Below are positions 50,662 to 62,435 of a stretch of DNA of 64,000 bases, piece after piece. The notes under the pieces were generated by a model. It was not told where the DNA came from. It did no database searches and saw only the letters and a program-made list of their open reading frames with translations. Both the position numbers and the translations under genes were made by a program. This DNA comes from Eutreptiella sp. 'Long Island Sound 2002'. Its lineage: Eukaryota; Protista; Euglenida. The stretch lies in contig OZ038378.1 in NCBI GenBank assembly GCA_964036045.1, forward strand, positions 180,978,001 through 181,042,000, written 5' to 3'. Numbering within the stretch: position 1 is the stretch's first letter; the number at the start of each line of letters is the position of its first letter.

Positions 50662-50993
50662 ATGGAGAGCGACGGAGCGACCGAGGGCAAGGCCAAGAAG
50701 GGGAGCAAGGAGGAAAAGGTGGACGACAAGAAGGGCAAGAAGGACGATAAAGGCAAAAAAGACGCAGGTAAGAAAGACAAGGCTCCAGCCGGAAAGGATG
50801 CCAAGGGTGGCAAGGGCGCTGCGGAGCCTACGGAGAAGTACACTGCGGTAGCAAGGTTCGTGTTCAACATGGCGAACCTGGTGATGGGTGCCAGCAGCGA
50901 CACGCTGGTTATGCAGGCTGAGGACATAAACACGCAGGAGAGCAAGGCCCGGCAGTGCCTTTACGGATTTAATTGCTTCAAAGTTACGTGCAG
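50662..50993 (+). CDS. Gene C exon 2 (K/D-rich segment, then ARFVFNMANLVMG)
   Basis: Acceptor CTCTCAG|, phase-2 donor AG|GTATGT at 50994. Confidence 0.85.
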
Positions 50994-51029
50994 GTATGTT
51001 GCGTTTTGTGCGGTTATGCTGCTGTGCTG

Positions 51030-51220
51030 TGCTGTTTTGTCTTGTGGTTGTTTGTGTTGTGTTGTATTGTGTCGTGCAGCTGTGTTGTGTTGTGTTGTGT
51101 TGTGTTGTGTTGTGTTGTGTTGTGTTGCGTTGCGTTGCGTTGCGTTGCGTTGCGTTGCATTGCGTTGCGTTGTGTTGTGTTGTGTTGTGTTGTGTTGTGT
51201 TGTGTTGTGTTGTGTTGTAT
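51030..51220. repeat. (TGTTG)n/(CGTTG)n microsatellite near the intron 5' end
   Basis: Directly visible pentamer array. Confidence 0.95.
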
Positions 51221-52624
51221 TGGTATTGGTATTGGCTGGGCGGTGTATATTTGGGGGGGGGTTTCCCAAGGGAGTATAGTAGTCACCTCATCTGTGGCGG
51301 CATGATTATATATTGGCCATGCCCTCATGAGGACTACGCATACCCACCGCCGGCCCCCTTACCTCGGTTTGGCTCCTTTTGGTAGCCGCGGGGTGGCTTG
51401 CCCGCACTGACTCTCTTTTTTTGGGGGGGGAGGGGGGGGGGGGGGGCTGAGATGGTTCTTTTCTTGGGTGACTTGGGGCTGGGTCGCCTTCCATTTGTGA
51501 GTATGTGTGGCTCGCGATGTTCTGAGAGCTTCTGCGGTTCGATTTCCAAGAGCCGGTATTGATTCGGTTCTCTCAGATTACATTTGATTGGTTTGCGGAT
51601 AGGAGTCGGAAGGGAATGTGATGGATGGTTTGATTTGTGACTCGATGATTTGATTTGGTGGATTGATGATTTGATTTGGTGTTTGATAATGATTTGGTAT
51701 GAGTTTGGTAAGTGGACTAATGGTCTCTTGGTGTGTGACTTCCTCCCTGACTTGGTGATTTCGTGGCGTGGGTTTGGAATGGGATTGGTGCTCCGTGATG
51801 CTGATCCCTGATTTGGTGGCTTGTGATCTGGAGCTTTGGCCTGGTGGTTTGCGTTGGTTTGGTACTAGGATTGTTGACCTTTGATGTTGTAATGGCCTTG
51901 TTACCTTCTCTTGTTCCATTGGGTAACCGACGCCTCGTCTGGGGCGAGGCAGAAGGGTTTCCCCTGGTTTGGACTAGGGTAAGGGTTGGATGCGGGTAGA
52001 AGAGGGTTGGCTGAGTTTATGGCTGAATTGGGTTGACATGGGTTGGGTTTCTGGCTCGATGTCCAATACTCACTTGCGCCTTTCTTTGGTTTGGGTTGGG
52101 GTGATGGTTTGATGCGGGTTGGAGAGGGTTGGCGGAGATTAAAGTTGGGTTGGGTTGGGATTCCTTTGGGCTGGAAGTCTTGTGCTTCCGCGGTTGGAGG
52201 ATAAGGTCGGAAGGGAAGGCATGACACACCTGTTGTTTTTTTTTTGGGCTTGGGTATGGATTTGGTGAACCTTGATATGTGATCTATCGTTTGGTCTGTG
52301 ACTTGATGCTTTGATTTGGTGGATTGATGATTTGACTTGGTATGGGCTTGACTTGATAAGGATTTGGTATGGGTTTGGTTTGGATTTGGTATGGTTTTGG
52401 TATGTGGACTGATAGTCTCTTGGTGTGCGACTTCCTCTGTGATTTGGTGACTTTGTGGTATGGGTTTGGAATGGGGTTTGGTGGTCCGTGATCTTTGATC
52501 CGTGACCTGGTCCGTGGCTTGGTGGCGTGTAGCGGTGATTTGATGCGTTGCCTTGGAAATTAGTATGGGGTTGGTTTGAGGATTGATGGTGACTTGGTCG
52601 GATCCGATGACCTGTACGTTGGAG

Positions 52625-53790
52625 AGGGTGTGAAGGGGAGGTGAGATGGTTCTCTTCTCGGCTGACTTGGGGCCAAGACTCCTTCCTTGTGTGCGAATGT
52701 GAGGCCTACTTTGTTCTCAGAGCCTGTGATGATGCGGTTCGATTTCCGAGACCCGGTACTGATTCGGTTCTCTCGTATTAGGGGGGAGAGAGGAGGTGAG
52801 ATGGTTCTCTTCTCGGGTGATTTGGGGCCGAGACTCCTTCCTTGTGTGGGAATGTGAGGCTTGCTTTGTTCGGAGAGCTCTCGATGATGCGGTTTGAATT
52901 CCGATAGCCGGCACTGATTTGGTTCTCTCGGATCAGGGAGGGGAGGGGAGGGGAGGTGAGATGGTTCTCTTCTCGGCCGACTTGGGGCCAAGACTCCTTC
53001 CTTGTGTGGGAACGTACTGCTTGCTTTGTTCTCAGAGCCTGTGATGATGCGATTTGATTTCCGAGAGCCGGTACCGATTTGGTTCTCTCAGATTAGGGAG
53101 GAGAGAGGAGGTGAGATGGTTCTCTTCTCGGCCGACTTGGGGCCAAGACTCCTTCCTTGCGAATGTGAGGCTTGCTTTGTTCTCAGAGCCTGTGATGATG
53201 CGGTTCGATTTCCGAGACCCGGTGCTGATTCGGTTCTCTTGTATTAGGGGGGAGAGAGGAGGTGAGATGGTTCTCTTCTCGGGTGATTTGGGACCGAGAC
53301 TCCTTCCTTGTGTGGGAATGTGAGGCTTGCTTTGTTCGGAGAGCTCTCGATGATGCGGTTTGAATTCCGATAGCCGGCACTGATTTGGTTCTCTCGGATC
53401 AGGGAGGGGAGGGGAGGTGAGATGGTTCTCTTCTCGGCCGACTTGGGGCCAAGACTCCTTCCTTGTGTGGGAACGTACTGCTTGCTTTGTTCTCAGAGCC
53501 TGTGATGATGCGATTTGATTTCCGAGAGCCGGTACCGATTTGGTTCTCTCAGATTAGGGAGGAGAGAGGAGGTGAGATGGTTCTCTTCTCGGCTGACTTG
53601 GGGTCAAGACTCCTTCCTTGTGTGCGAATGTGAGGCTTGCTTTGTTCTCGGAGCCTGTGATGATGCAGTCTGATTTCCGAGAGCCGGTACTAATTCAGTC
53701 CTCTCGGATTGGGGAGGAGAGGGGAGGTGAGATGGTTCTCTTCTCGGATGATTTGGGGCCGAGACTCCTTCCTTGTGTGGGAATGCGAGC
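52625..53790. repeat. ~155-bp satellite (~8 units) with a 466-bp higher-order repeat
   Basis: AGGTGAGATGGTTCTCTTCTCGG recurs about every 155 bp; the same variant occurs at ~52795 and ~53261. A degenerate monomer lies at ~51440-51585. Confidence 0.9.
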
Positions 53791-53799
53791 TCCAATTTC

Positions 53800-55070
53800 T
53801 TATGAGTCCTCTGCTTTCTGATGACTATTGTGATTTCCGACGACTCCTTTGATGCTGTGATCTCCAATGACTTCTCTATTTGCCAATACTTAGTGCTCTT
53901 TTTGATTACTCCTCTGAGTTTTGGTGACTGTTGTGATTTCGGATGATTCCTCTGATGATGTGTTGTTCTCCTTGTTGATTTCCGACGACTCCTCTGATGC
54001 TGTGATCTCTGATGGCTTCTCTGTTTGCCGATACCCGCTCCTTTCTAGTGACTCCTCTGAACTATGATGACTCTCCTCTCGTTCCATGATTCCTTTGATG
54101 CTGTGTTGTTCTCGTTGTTGAATTCTGATGAATCCTCTGATGTTGACTTGTTCTCCTTCTTGAATTCTGATGACTCCTCCTGTTTGCGATGACGACTCCG
54201 ATTTGGGTTGCCTGCTCCTAGTTCTGATGGCTCTTCCGATTTCTGATGACTCTTTTGAGGTCTGATGATGTTTTGGTAATCTCCTTGTTGATTCGTGATG
54301 ACTGCTCGGATTTCTGATGACTTCTCCTTTGATCTTGTCTGGTTCTCCTTGTTGAATTTTGATGAATCCCCCGGTTTCGGATGACTGCTCTAATTTCTTG
54401 TGACTCCTCTGTTTTCCCGTGACTGCTCCGCTTTCCGATGATCCCTCCGTTTTCCGATGCCTGCTCGGATTGCTGATGAGCCGAGCAGGATTCTGATGAC
54501 TCTTCTGATTCTGCTTGCCGATACGTGCTACGCTTTCTGGTGACTCCTCTGAATTTTGGTGACTCTTCTCATTTGTGCTGATTCCTTTGATGTTGTGTTG
54601 CTCTCCTTGTTGATTTCTGATAACTCTTCTGATGTTATCGTGTTCTCCTTGTGGAATTTGGATGACTCCTATGCTTTCCGATCATCCAAGTTTTGATGTC
54701 TGCTTTGATGTTGGATGGCTCTTCCGTTCTCGGATGCCTGCTCCTATCTGATGGCTCTTCCTATTTCCGATGACTCTCCCGATGTCCGTCGACTCCTCTG
54801 GTGTTGTGGTATTCTCCTTGTTGATTCATGATGACTGCTCGAATTTCTGATGTTGTCTTGTTCTCCTTGTTGACTTCTGATGAGAGCTCCGGTTTTCGTT
54901 GTCTGCTTCGATATCGGTTGCCTGCTCGGATTTCTGATGGCTTTTCTAGTTTCCGACGACTCCTTTGATGTTGTGGTATTCTCCTTGATGACTAGTGATG
55001 GCTGCTTGGGCTTTTGATGACTCCTCCGATTTCCGCGACTCTCGTGATTTCGAATGATCCTCGATGTTGT
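53800..55070. repeat. Degenerate low-complexity minisatellite (GATTTCTGATGACTCCTCT-like)
   Basis: Recurrent TTCTCCTTGTTGA / CTGATGACTCCTC motifs with strong strand asymmetry. Confidence 0.8.
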
Positions 55071-55387
55071 GCTGATGGGCTGGGATGAGGGAAGGAGGGA
55101 GGGACAAAGGGAGAGGTGGAGGGGTGGGGAAACTGAACGGGAAACTGAACGGGAAACTGAACGGGAAACTGAACGACATGTGTGCTGTGAACCAAGGCTG
55201 TGGTACAATTACTGGTACTTTTGCATAGGCTCCACAGGTTTTCCGCACACGCCCGGCCATTAAACAAGGAGGGCTGCCCCACGGGCACCGTGAGCCTGCT
55301 CGGGCCGGACTTACGGGAAGTGGCAGGAACGAACAGAGCAGTCCACGGGCAACAACTACCATTGGACTGCCCCCCGCCAACCCCTGT

Positions 55388-55586
55388 TTGTGTTGTGTTG
55401 TGTTGTGTTGTGTTGTGTTGTGTTGTGTTGTGTTGTGTTGTGTTGTGTTGTGTTGTGTTGTGTTTTGTTGTGTTGTGTTGTGTTGTGTTGTGTTGTGTTG
55501 TGTTGTGTTGTGTTGTGTTGTGTTGTGTTGTGTTGTGTTGTGTTGTGTTGTGTTGTGTTGTGTTGTGTTGTGTTGTGTTGTGTTGT
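55388..55586. repeat. (TGTTG)n microsatellite near the intron 3' end
   Basis: About 40 near-perfect pentamers. Confidence 0.95.
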
Positions 55587-55618
55587 GCCTGAACAACCTT
55601 TTGCTGGCTCGTCTGCAG

Positions 55619-55997
55619 CCTTCTGGACAAGCCCGGACCCCTTTTGACCGACAAACAAATGGAGGAATGGCTGCCTCTGACCATCTCTGTGGTCAACCTC
55701 ACAAACATGGCAGACAACACGGGGCTGCAGGGGATGAACCCGCTGGCGCAGGAGCCTGACTTCCACGATCTGCGGCAGGCGTGTGGGGGTGTCTATGCCA
55801 AGTACCAGCTCTTGCCCGGCGGCCCTGCGACCACCACCCCCCGGTTCACGCAATCACGCAGCATCGGCATCCACCACACGGCGCTGTTCCTGCTGGGGGA
55901 CGCTCTGCAGAATGGTTTCCACTCCTCCAACATGGATGGGAAGCAAGCGAGCACGGTGCTGAGCTTCATGCAGTACTACATGTCGACGCCGTTCGAG
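55619..55997 (+). CDS. Gene C exon 3
   Basis: Acceptor CTGCAG| phase 2; LLDKPGPLLTDKQMEEWLPLTISVVNL...YYMSTPFE; phase-0 donor GAG|GTATCC. Confidence 0.85.
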
Positions 55998-56939
55998 GTA
56001 TCCGTTCCCCATTGTACCCCTTCCAGTCCAACGCACACGCATTTGTCTCCAGCATTCCTATCCCTGGCCGTCGATCTTTCTTCTCTCTCTTCCCCGACTG
56101 AATGATGCCCGACAGCGATGCTTTGTTCTGGGAGTAGGGAGTGCATGGAGCCCTTGAGTGAGGACACCCTGGCGGGTGCCAGGCGTCAAAGAAACCCGAT
56201 TCGCCACACTTATGTGCCCCTCACTAGGCCGATGCTTTGAAGCCTTGGGTGGGCGCTGTTGTCAAACAAGGTTTGTCTTGGCGCAGCTGCCGTTTACACT
56301 GTTTGTTGTTTGTCTGCTAGCCGGACCTGTCTCAACTGCTTTGACAATGGTGCTCGGAGCCCCCCCCCCCCCCTCCAACCTTTCGAAGTTATGTGCTTTT
56401 GAGTGGTTGCAATCCAGTAGCTTTTGGTAGGTGGCTGTGTTAAACAGGGTAAGTCCACTAAAGGTTCCGCCTACACCTTCGCTTAGCCTCAATTAGCGCC
56501 CGCCCTCTTTTGAGGTTGTCGACCCTTTTGTCCCCCACCCCCGAGCCAGGTTGACCTCTGACTGGTATGTACGCCTGACCCTATAGAGTCCCAGCCAGAA
56601 GACCACGCCGTGAGCTAGACATTGAGGAGCAGGCGAGAGGTGTAGGGAACGGACAGGACACAGAGAAACGCATCATGATGGCACTGATGGTTGCCGGACG
56701 GATGGCCAGAGAATGGACAGACAGGCGATGAAGGCCGTGGGGATCAGCCACGGTTGGAGTCTAATGCGGACATGGCAACCTGGGCATATCGATGCCCCGC
56801 CGTCCCCGGGATCATGTGGGTGACCACCAACAATTGGTAAGGGCAGGTTTTGTGCAGTTGTATTTCACCCTCGACATACCAGACGATAATTCGGTGCCCA
56901 AGAATCTTCTGCCTCGGGTTTCTGCCAGGCCTTCCGCAC

Positions 56940-57767
56940 CAACCCCCCCCCCGTTCCGGTCACCGGAATTGCCGGAACGTGCCGGAACGTTTTGCCGGAA
57001 CGTTGTGATTCTGGGAGGCTCAATGTTTTTCAGTGAAAACGCTTGCTGCTACTGTCAACCGTTGTCGTCCACTTTGCCAGTAACACTTTTGTTCGTCCAT
57101 CCACTGGCAGAGATGTTGAAATTTTGTTTTTGTGACTGATTTCCATGATCTGCAACTGAAGGAGCAGCTGTTATTGCAACAGAAATGGGAAGATGATGTT
57201 GACGTTGATGAGGGAAATGTCTGTGATTTCTGTGTCCGTTCTGTCAAACACTTGTCTGAGATGTGAAGTGCAGTTTGATGCAACTCTACACTTGTGTGCA
57301 TTTGTCGGCCTGTTGCCACCTTGCTTTCAGACTTGTTTCTGCATGAAAAAAAAAAGGACAGCTTTGGATGCAGATCAGAGCAAAGTGACAAAAAGTGCAA
57401 AAAAACTTCGGTGGGTGGCAGAGCCAAGTGACAAAAAGTGGAAAAATCTTCGGTGGGTCGTTGGAGGGGTTTGAACCCACGCTCACAGATCTGCAACTGA
57501 TGCATATACCACTGGACCAGTGGCAGGTCCGGACATACTACGGACCAGGAACCATGTAGTGACCAAGAGATGAAAATTTTTTTTGACAATTTGAGGGATG
57601 CTTTGGGTTTCCACATTACTCCAACTACAGAACAACCAAAAGGAAGGTGTGTTTGCGCCCTGGGACTGAGATCCTGGGCCCCGGGAACCTCTTTTGCTGA
57701 AAAAACGGCTCGCCGGAACGTTGCGCCGGAACATTGGGTTTTTCTCGCCGGAACGGGGGGGGGGTTG
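56940..57767. mobile_element. 828-bp MITE with 20-bp perfect TIR and 6-bp TSD
   Basis: TIR CAACCCCCCCCCCGTTCCGG; TSD CCGCAC (56934-56939, 57768-57773); subterminal CCGGAACG repeats. Excision restores the ORF seen uninterrupted at ~43940. Confidence 0.9.
57455..57525 (-). other. tRNA-derived (Cys-like) Pol III promoter relic or SINE head
   Basis: Minus strand TGGTCCAGTGGT (A box)...TTGCAGA...GGTTCAAACCC (B box) at tRNA spacing. The acceptor stem does not pair. Confidence 0.35.
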
Positions 57768-58093
57768 CCGCACAACTGGTCAGACTACCTCCTGAGGGTT
57801 TCAGCCAGAGCATTCCAGTGCCAAGTTGGGAGCATCTTCTGGACTTCAAGGGGAAAGCAGTCCGGATCCAAAACGTTCAACACAGAGCCAGTAACATGTG
57901 GGAGCAAATTTCATGGTTGCAAGAGGAGGCAGGGGACGTGGTACACATACGCCCATACATGTGTGTGTGTGTGTGTGTGTTACGCGTACGCTGTGCACTC
58001 TTTGGCAGACCGAAAGACGTCTGGGACTGCTCTGCAGTTCCTGAGGAGTTTCTCCAACCGTTTTTCTTGCGTTCTTGTTTCGCGGTCCCCAAC

Positions 58094-58138
<45 letters not shown>

Positions 58139-59220
58139 TGCGTAAACTTGGGCTCTTCTAGGATTTATTTTGAGTCTGGGGAGGGCAGGAGGAAGCGGCT
58201 ATACGTCAGCACTCAATTGCACTTCCTCCTACTTTGACAGACCGAAAGACGTCTAGGGGTGATCTGCAGCTCCTGAGGAGTTTGCTCGAACCGCTTTTCT
58301 TGTGCTTTTGCTCTTGTTTTCGTGGTTCCCAATGTGTGTGAGTGTGTGTGTGTGTGTGTGCGTGTCCCACCCACGCCATGCCCGGACAACCCTGAAACCT
58401 TGTGGATGAAGATGTAAGATTAGCGGATAGACACTCACACACACACACACACACACAAGTGCGCGTGCAGTGTACAAACAGAGCAACAACGTGGATGTCT
58501 GAGTGAGGTTTGCCTTGTCAGGCTGCAAGCCACCACAAAAAGTTGCTTGGCTTGGTGCCTGTCACAATTGGGGCACAGTGGGTGTTTATTGAAGTGCAGA
58601 GCTGCCCTCCCTTCCCATGTTTGATCCATGGTTGACAGTGGTGCTATCTGTTGTGGAATATCGCTGTGCACGGAGATCATTGAATGGGTCAGGCCGAACA
58701 TTGCCATGGCTTGAGACACTGTCAACAAATACACGGACAGCCTGGCACCATGCCCTGCCAGACCCAGCTAAACGGTTAGACACACGTGTGCACACACGTG
58801 ACCGAGGGTGCATATTATCCACTCAACCATAGGGTGGCGGCGGCAGTGGGGGGGGTCATCTCCCAGCGGAGACTCTTTGCTGCCAGCACTGAAGCAAGAT
58901 TGTTTCAGGTCTTTGAACATTGACGCAAATGTGCATCAGAGCATGGCGTGAGCACAAGAAATTGCAAGTTTTGGCTTTGGATAACAATTAGGTGGAAAGG
59001 TATTGCAGTAAATTTTTTTATTTTACTGTCTTGAATGATGCACAGCAGACATGGAATGAGCGTCTGCGCACCGACGTGTAACAGACCTGGCATAAAAAGA
59101 ATGTAACAGATGTGCAATGGACATGCAACTGATGAGCAAAGTGCGATTGACACGTAAAGCGCACGCATATGTCACAGATGTGTGACAACCGTGTAACAGA
59201 TGTACCCCCCCCCCCCCCTT

Positions 59221-59863
59221 GTTGTTCCCCACCCCTTGTCGTTTCCCAGGGGGGGTGGGGGGCCGTCACTTGGTCAACCCAAAATTTTCGTTGCGGCTCA
59301 TTGTGTTGTTGTGTGGGTGACTGTGTTGTGGGGCACTGCCACTTGTATCCCTTGCACTCATGGCGGGACATTTTGCTTACTTTGGCTGAAATGGAACTTG
59401 ACAGCACAACCATGTTTCCCCCTGGGACAAATGTGACGGATGATGATAGTGACCTGAATTCTGACACGGAGGTTGTGTGGGTGAAGAGTGCCCGTGGTGT
59501 ATGGGGTACGGGACACAGTTTTGGGAACAAGTTGTATTTTACAAGGGACGTTCCCGAAGGGAAATGGGTTCCCAAAAATCTGCTTGCGCCTGCCAAGCCT
59601 CTTACCAAGAAGGCAAAACCACCACCCAAGAGTGCTGCCCAAAGCATTCCAGTGGAAAGTGGAGAGCATGTGCAAGATTTCAAGGTGAAGTGGAGCAGGA
59701 CCAAGAAATTTTACACCGAGCCGTTCAAGGAGTAGGTCTCAGTACATTGGCAGCCCTTTGAACGTATCTTATGTTGAATTCTTTACGGTGGTAGTGCGGT
59801 CCCCCAGGGGGGGTGGGGGACCGTCTTCCCTGGGGTGGGGAACGACAAGGGGTGGGGGACAAC
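59221..59863 (+). mobile_element. TIR element carrying a 114-aa LYFT..WVPKNL ORF (59391-59735)
   Basis: GTTGTTCCCCACCCCTTGTCGTTTCCC versus its inverse at ~59837-59863. ORF MELDSTT...LYFTRDVPEGKWVPKNL...DFKVKWSRTKKFYTEPFKE*. Confidence 0.6.
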
Positions 59864-60356
59864 GGATGTGTGTGACACAAGTAGGTGTAACAGGTGCTGG
59901 ACGGATATTGCATGCACACGTGTGTGTGTGTGTGTGTGTCTGTGTGTGACACTGTGGTGCTGATGTGCAACAGACAGGTCAGGGGAAAAAGAGCGGATGT
60001 GGAGGTGATGTGGAGCATAATTATTGGATGTAAAATGATAATAGTGCACAGCGCATGCACAACGACGATTTGTTGTCGTGTCGTTTGGCAATCATGTGAC
60101 ATGTGGGTCACCGATGTGTCACAGGTGTGACGGATGTGTTATGGATGTGTTTGGCGAGGGCTCCACACCGGCATATCGCGGAGCTGGTGTACACACTCAG
60201 CACCACCACCCTGCTCCCCTGGAAACGCCCCCCTGCCCCGCCCCCCCCCCCCACCCACCCCCAACTCACAGGGTACAGTGGTCAAGTGGCAGTCCCGGCC
60301 AACCCTTCTGGGGACAGCACCGGAATTTCATGTCTGCACAGAAAGCGAGACACAAG

Positions 60357-61213
60357 CATCATGATCAAACATGTGCAGCCGCAGCATGCCGCAGCACCAA
60401 AAAATTTACTTTGTACATAGTGATTGGCAATTGTCTGTCTGCTCCATCTGCTCCGTCTGCTTTGTTTGCACGGGAGACATTCTGTCTGACCCACGTCTCC
60501 CCAGTATCAACACCAACCAACACCAACCGATAATTTGGCCAAGGGGGGCGGCCTGTTCGAATTCGAGACCCCCCCCCCTTCCCCCCCCTCCCCTCCAGAC
60601 CCCCCAAAGTTTTCGAACCCGTCCTACTCCAATTTGAGATTTTGGGGGAAAGGGTCGGCGCCAAAGGCGCCGAAATTTTTTTTGCCCTTCCTGAGGGAGT
60701 ATTTTGTTTTTCTCCCTTGTGTCTATACTCAAAATACTCAGAATTTTGTGGAGAATTCAAAAATGTTTGAAAAACACAGAAAGATTTTTGACCCCTGACC
60801 TGACCTCCAGGTCTGACTTTGGCTGATGGGAGCCTGAGCTAATGGGCAAATTTTTTCCGAAAATTTTTACCCCATTTGTGTACGCTCAAAATGATCAGCG
60901 CATTATGGGGATCATTTTGAGGTATGTATGTTGGGGTACCCACTGACCCCCCTCTAGGGACCCTGGCGGCTGACCGGCCGACCCACCTACACCCTCCCAC
61001 CCTTACCCCCCCCTCCAGACCCCAAAACTTTTCGCACCCGGTTGGGGTCTAGAATTTGAACAGGCCGCCCCCCTTGAATTTGGCTCATGTGGTGCATGTT
61101 GTCTCTTTGCGAGTTCAGGTTCCCACGGATGCCTAGGTACCCACATGTGCAGGTAGAAGCATGCCGCAGCACAAGAAATTTTTCCGAGGGACTGCACATG
61201 CTTGATCATGATG
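60357..61213. mobile_element. Outer TIR element (CATCATGATCAA.CATGTGCAG) hosting the nested MITE
   Basis: 22-bp inverted repeats with 1 mismatch; TSD not resolved. Confidence 0.5.
60540..61076. mobile_element. 537-bp MITE with CAAGG...CCTTG ends (P- or hAT-like) and 8-bp TSD
   Basis: ~31-bp TIR CAAGGGGGGCGGCCTGTTCRAATTCKAGACCC; TSD AATTTGGC (60532-60539, 61077-61084). Confidence 0.9.
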
Positions 61214-61331
61214 GCACAGCACAAATGCATGGCCAAGAGTAGACGTCCTCAAAACTGCATGCACTTAGTTCCTCACATCCGTCGGATATGCCTCACACAT
61301 TGGCTGTGCACCTGGCCACACATCGTCACAG

Positions 61332-62123
61332 GTCGAGGTCCATGACCGCGACCCCCTCGAGCCCGTCCCCACCGCTGACTCCGCCACGGATGCGGAGGCG
61401 GAGGGGGAAGGGGATGGGACCGCAGCCACTGAGCCTCAGTCGCCGACAGTGCAACACTTCGGGCGGGCCTGCGTCTCTTTGAGGCCACTGTTGGACGGCA
61501 CGGTATCACTCAAGGCGAGCGAGCAGATCGTTCCGGCCCGGCCTGATGTCGGTGCCGATGAGGACGCGGCGCCGGCAGCCTCGCCCAGAGAGGCAAGTCT
61601 TAAGATGAGCGCAAGCCTCGCGGGGTTCGCGAGGGAGGAGAGGGTGGAGGGAGAGGAACCACCGGCAGAGGGTGCCGGGGCTGGGGCTGATGCTGGGGCT
61701 GCACCGGAACCGCCGCCTCCGCTCCCGATGATCCAGAAGGGGCAGTACTTGGAGTGGCATTCCACCATTTCCATGAAGTTTGTCTTCGCCAAGTGCATCC
61801 CGCGGCTGATGTTTGTCATTCCCCCGGAACGCGCGCTGCCCTGGCTGGCGCCGGAAGGTGCGGAGAGCACGGATGCCACCCCAGAGCCGCTGGCAGCCAC
61901 CCTGTCGACTTTTAACCCGGCGCCGGGGCTGCAGTGTGCAGAGTGCCCGCTGGGCAATTTCACACGGGCGGTCGTCATCATCCCATACAGCGCCCGGCCA
62001 GTGGTCCTCCAGACGCTCCTTGCTGCACTCATGAAGACTCCTCCAGCGACGAATGCTGAAGCTGATGACGTGCACCTCGCTGCGGTCCCCAGTTGGGCTG
62101 TGGGTGACGCTGCTCAAGAGGAG
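61332..62123 (+). CDS. Gene C exon 4; gene continues beyond the window
   Basis: Acceptor GTCACAG| phase 0. The join gives TPFE|VEVHDRD...HFGRACVSLRPLLDG, a C2-like segment I associate with CFAP92. Donor GAG|GTTTGT at 62124. Confidence 0.85.
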
Positions 62124-62435
62124 GTTTGTATGCGTCAAAATACATTCCGTTCGCGCGAGAATGCGGGAGATACTGCGCGTTGTGTTTCTATTCTGTGGAA
62201 CAAAACGTTCCTCACAGCCACATGTCTTTTTTGGGGTGGCTCTAATCGTCAGGAATCTTTAATTCAACGCCGAACCCGAACCTTCAGAAAATTCTGTACC
62301 TTTCAGGAATTTCGGCACCTTCAAGAATTTTTCATTCAACATCTCAGTGGAGCTGGATCCTCGACGAAGGACGTCCAGCAGGGAATCCTTTCCCTTGGAT
62401 CTTGGGGAACATCTGTAGATCTGTAGAAGCATTAT

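Noticed and set aside
50947-50960. Euglenid nonconventional intron start (CGGCAG)
   Set aside because: The frame stays open to a canonical AG|GTATGT donor at 50994 that is phase-compatible with the next exon.
53800-55070. Box C/D snoRNA cluster (many TGATGA/CTGA)
   Set aside because: The motifs are part of a degenerate tandem repeat, with no discrete guide sequences or terminal stems.
50961-55720. VLCC/TTQHN-repeat ORFs
   Set aside because: Translations of (TGTTG)n microsatellites.
58435-58734. LINE C-terminal zinc-finger remnant (CPNCDRHQAKQLFVVAC) on the minus strand
   Set aside because: Lacks the His of the motif and any linked RT or endonuclease sequence.
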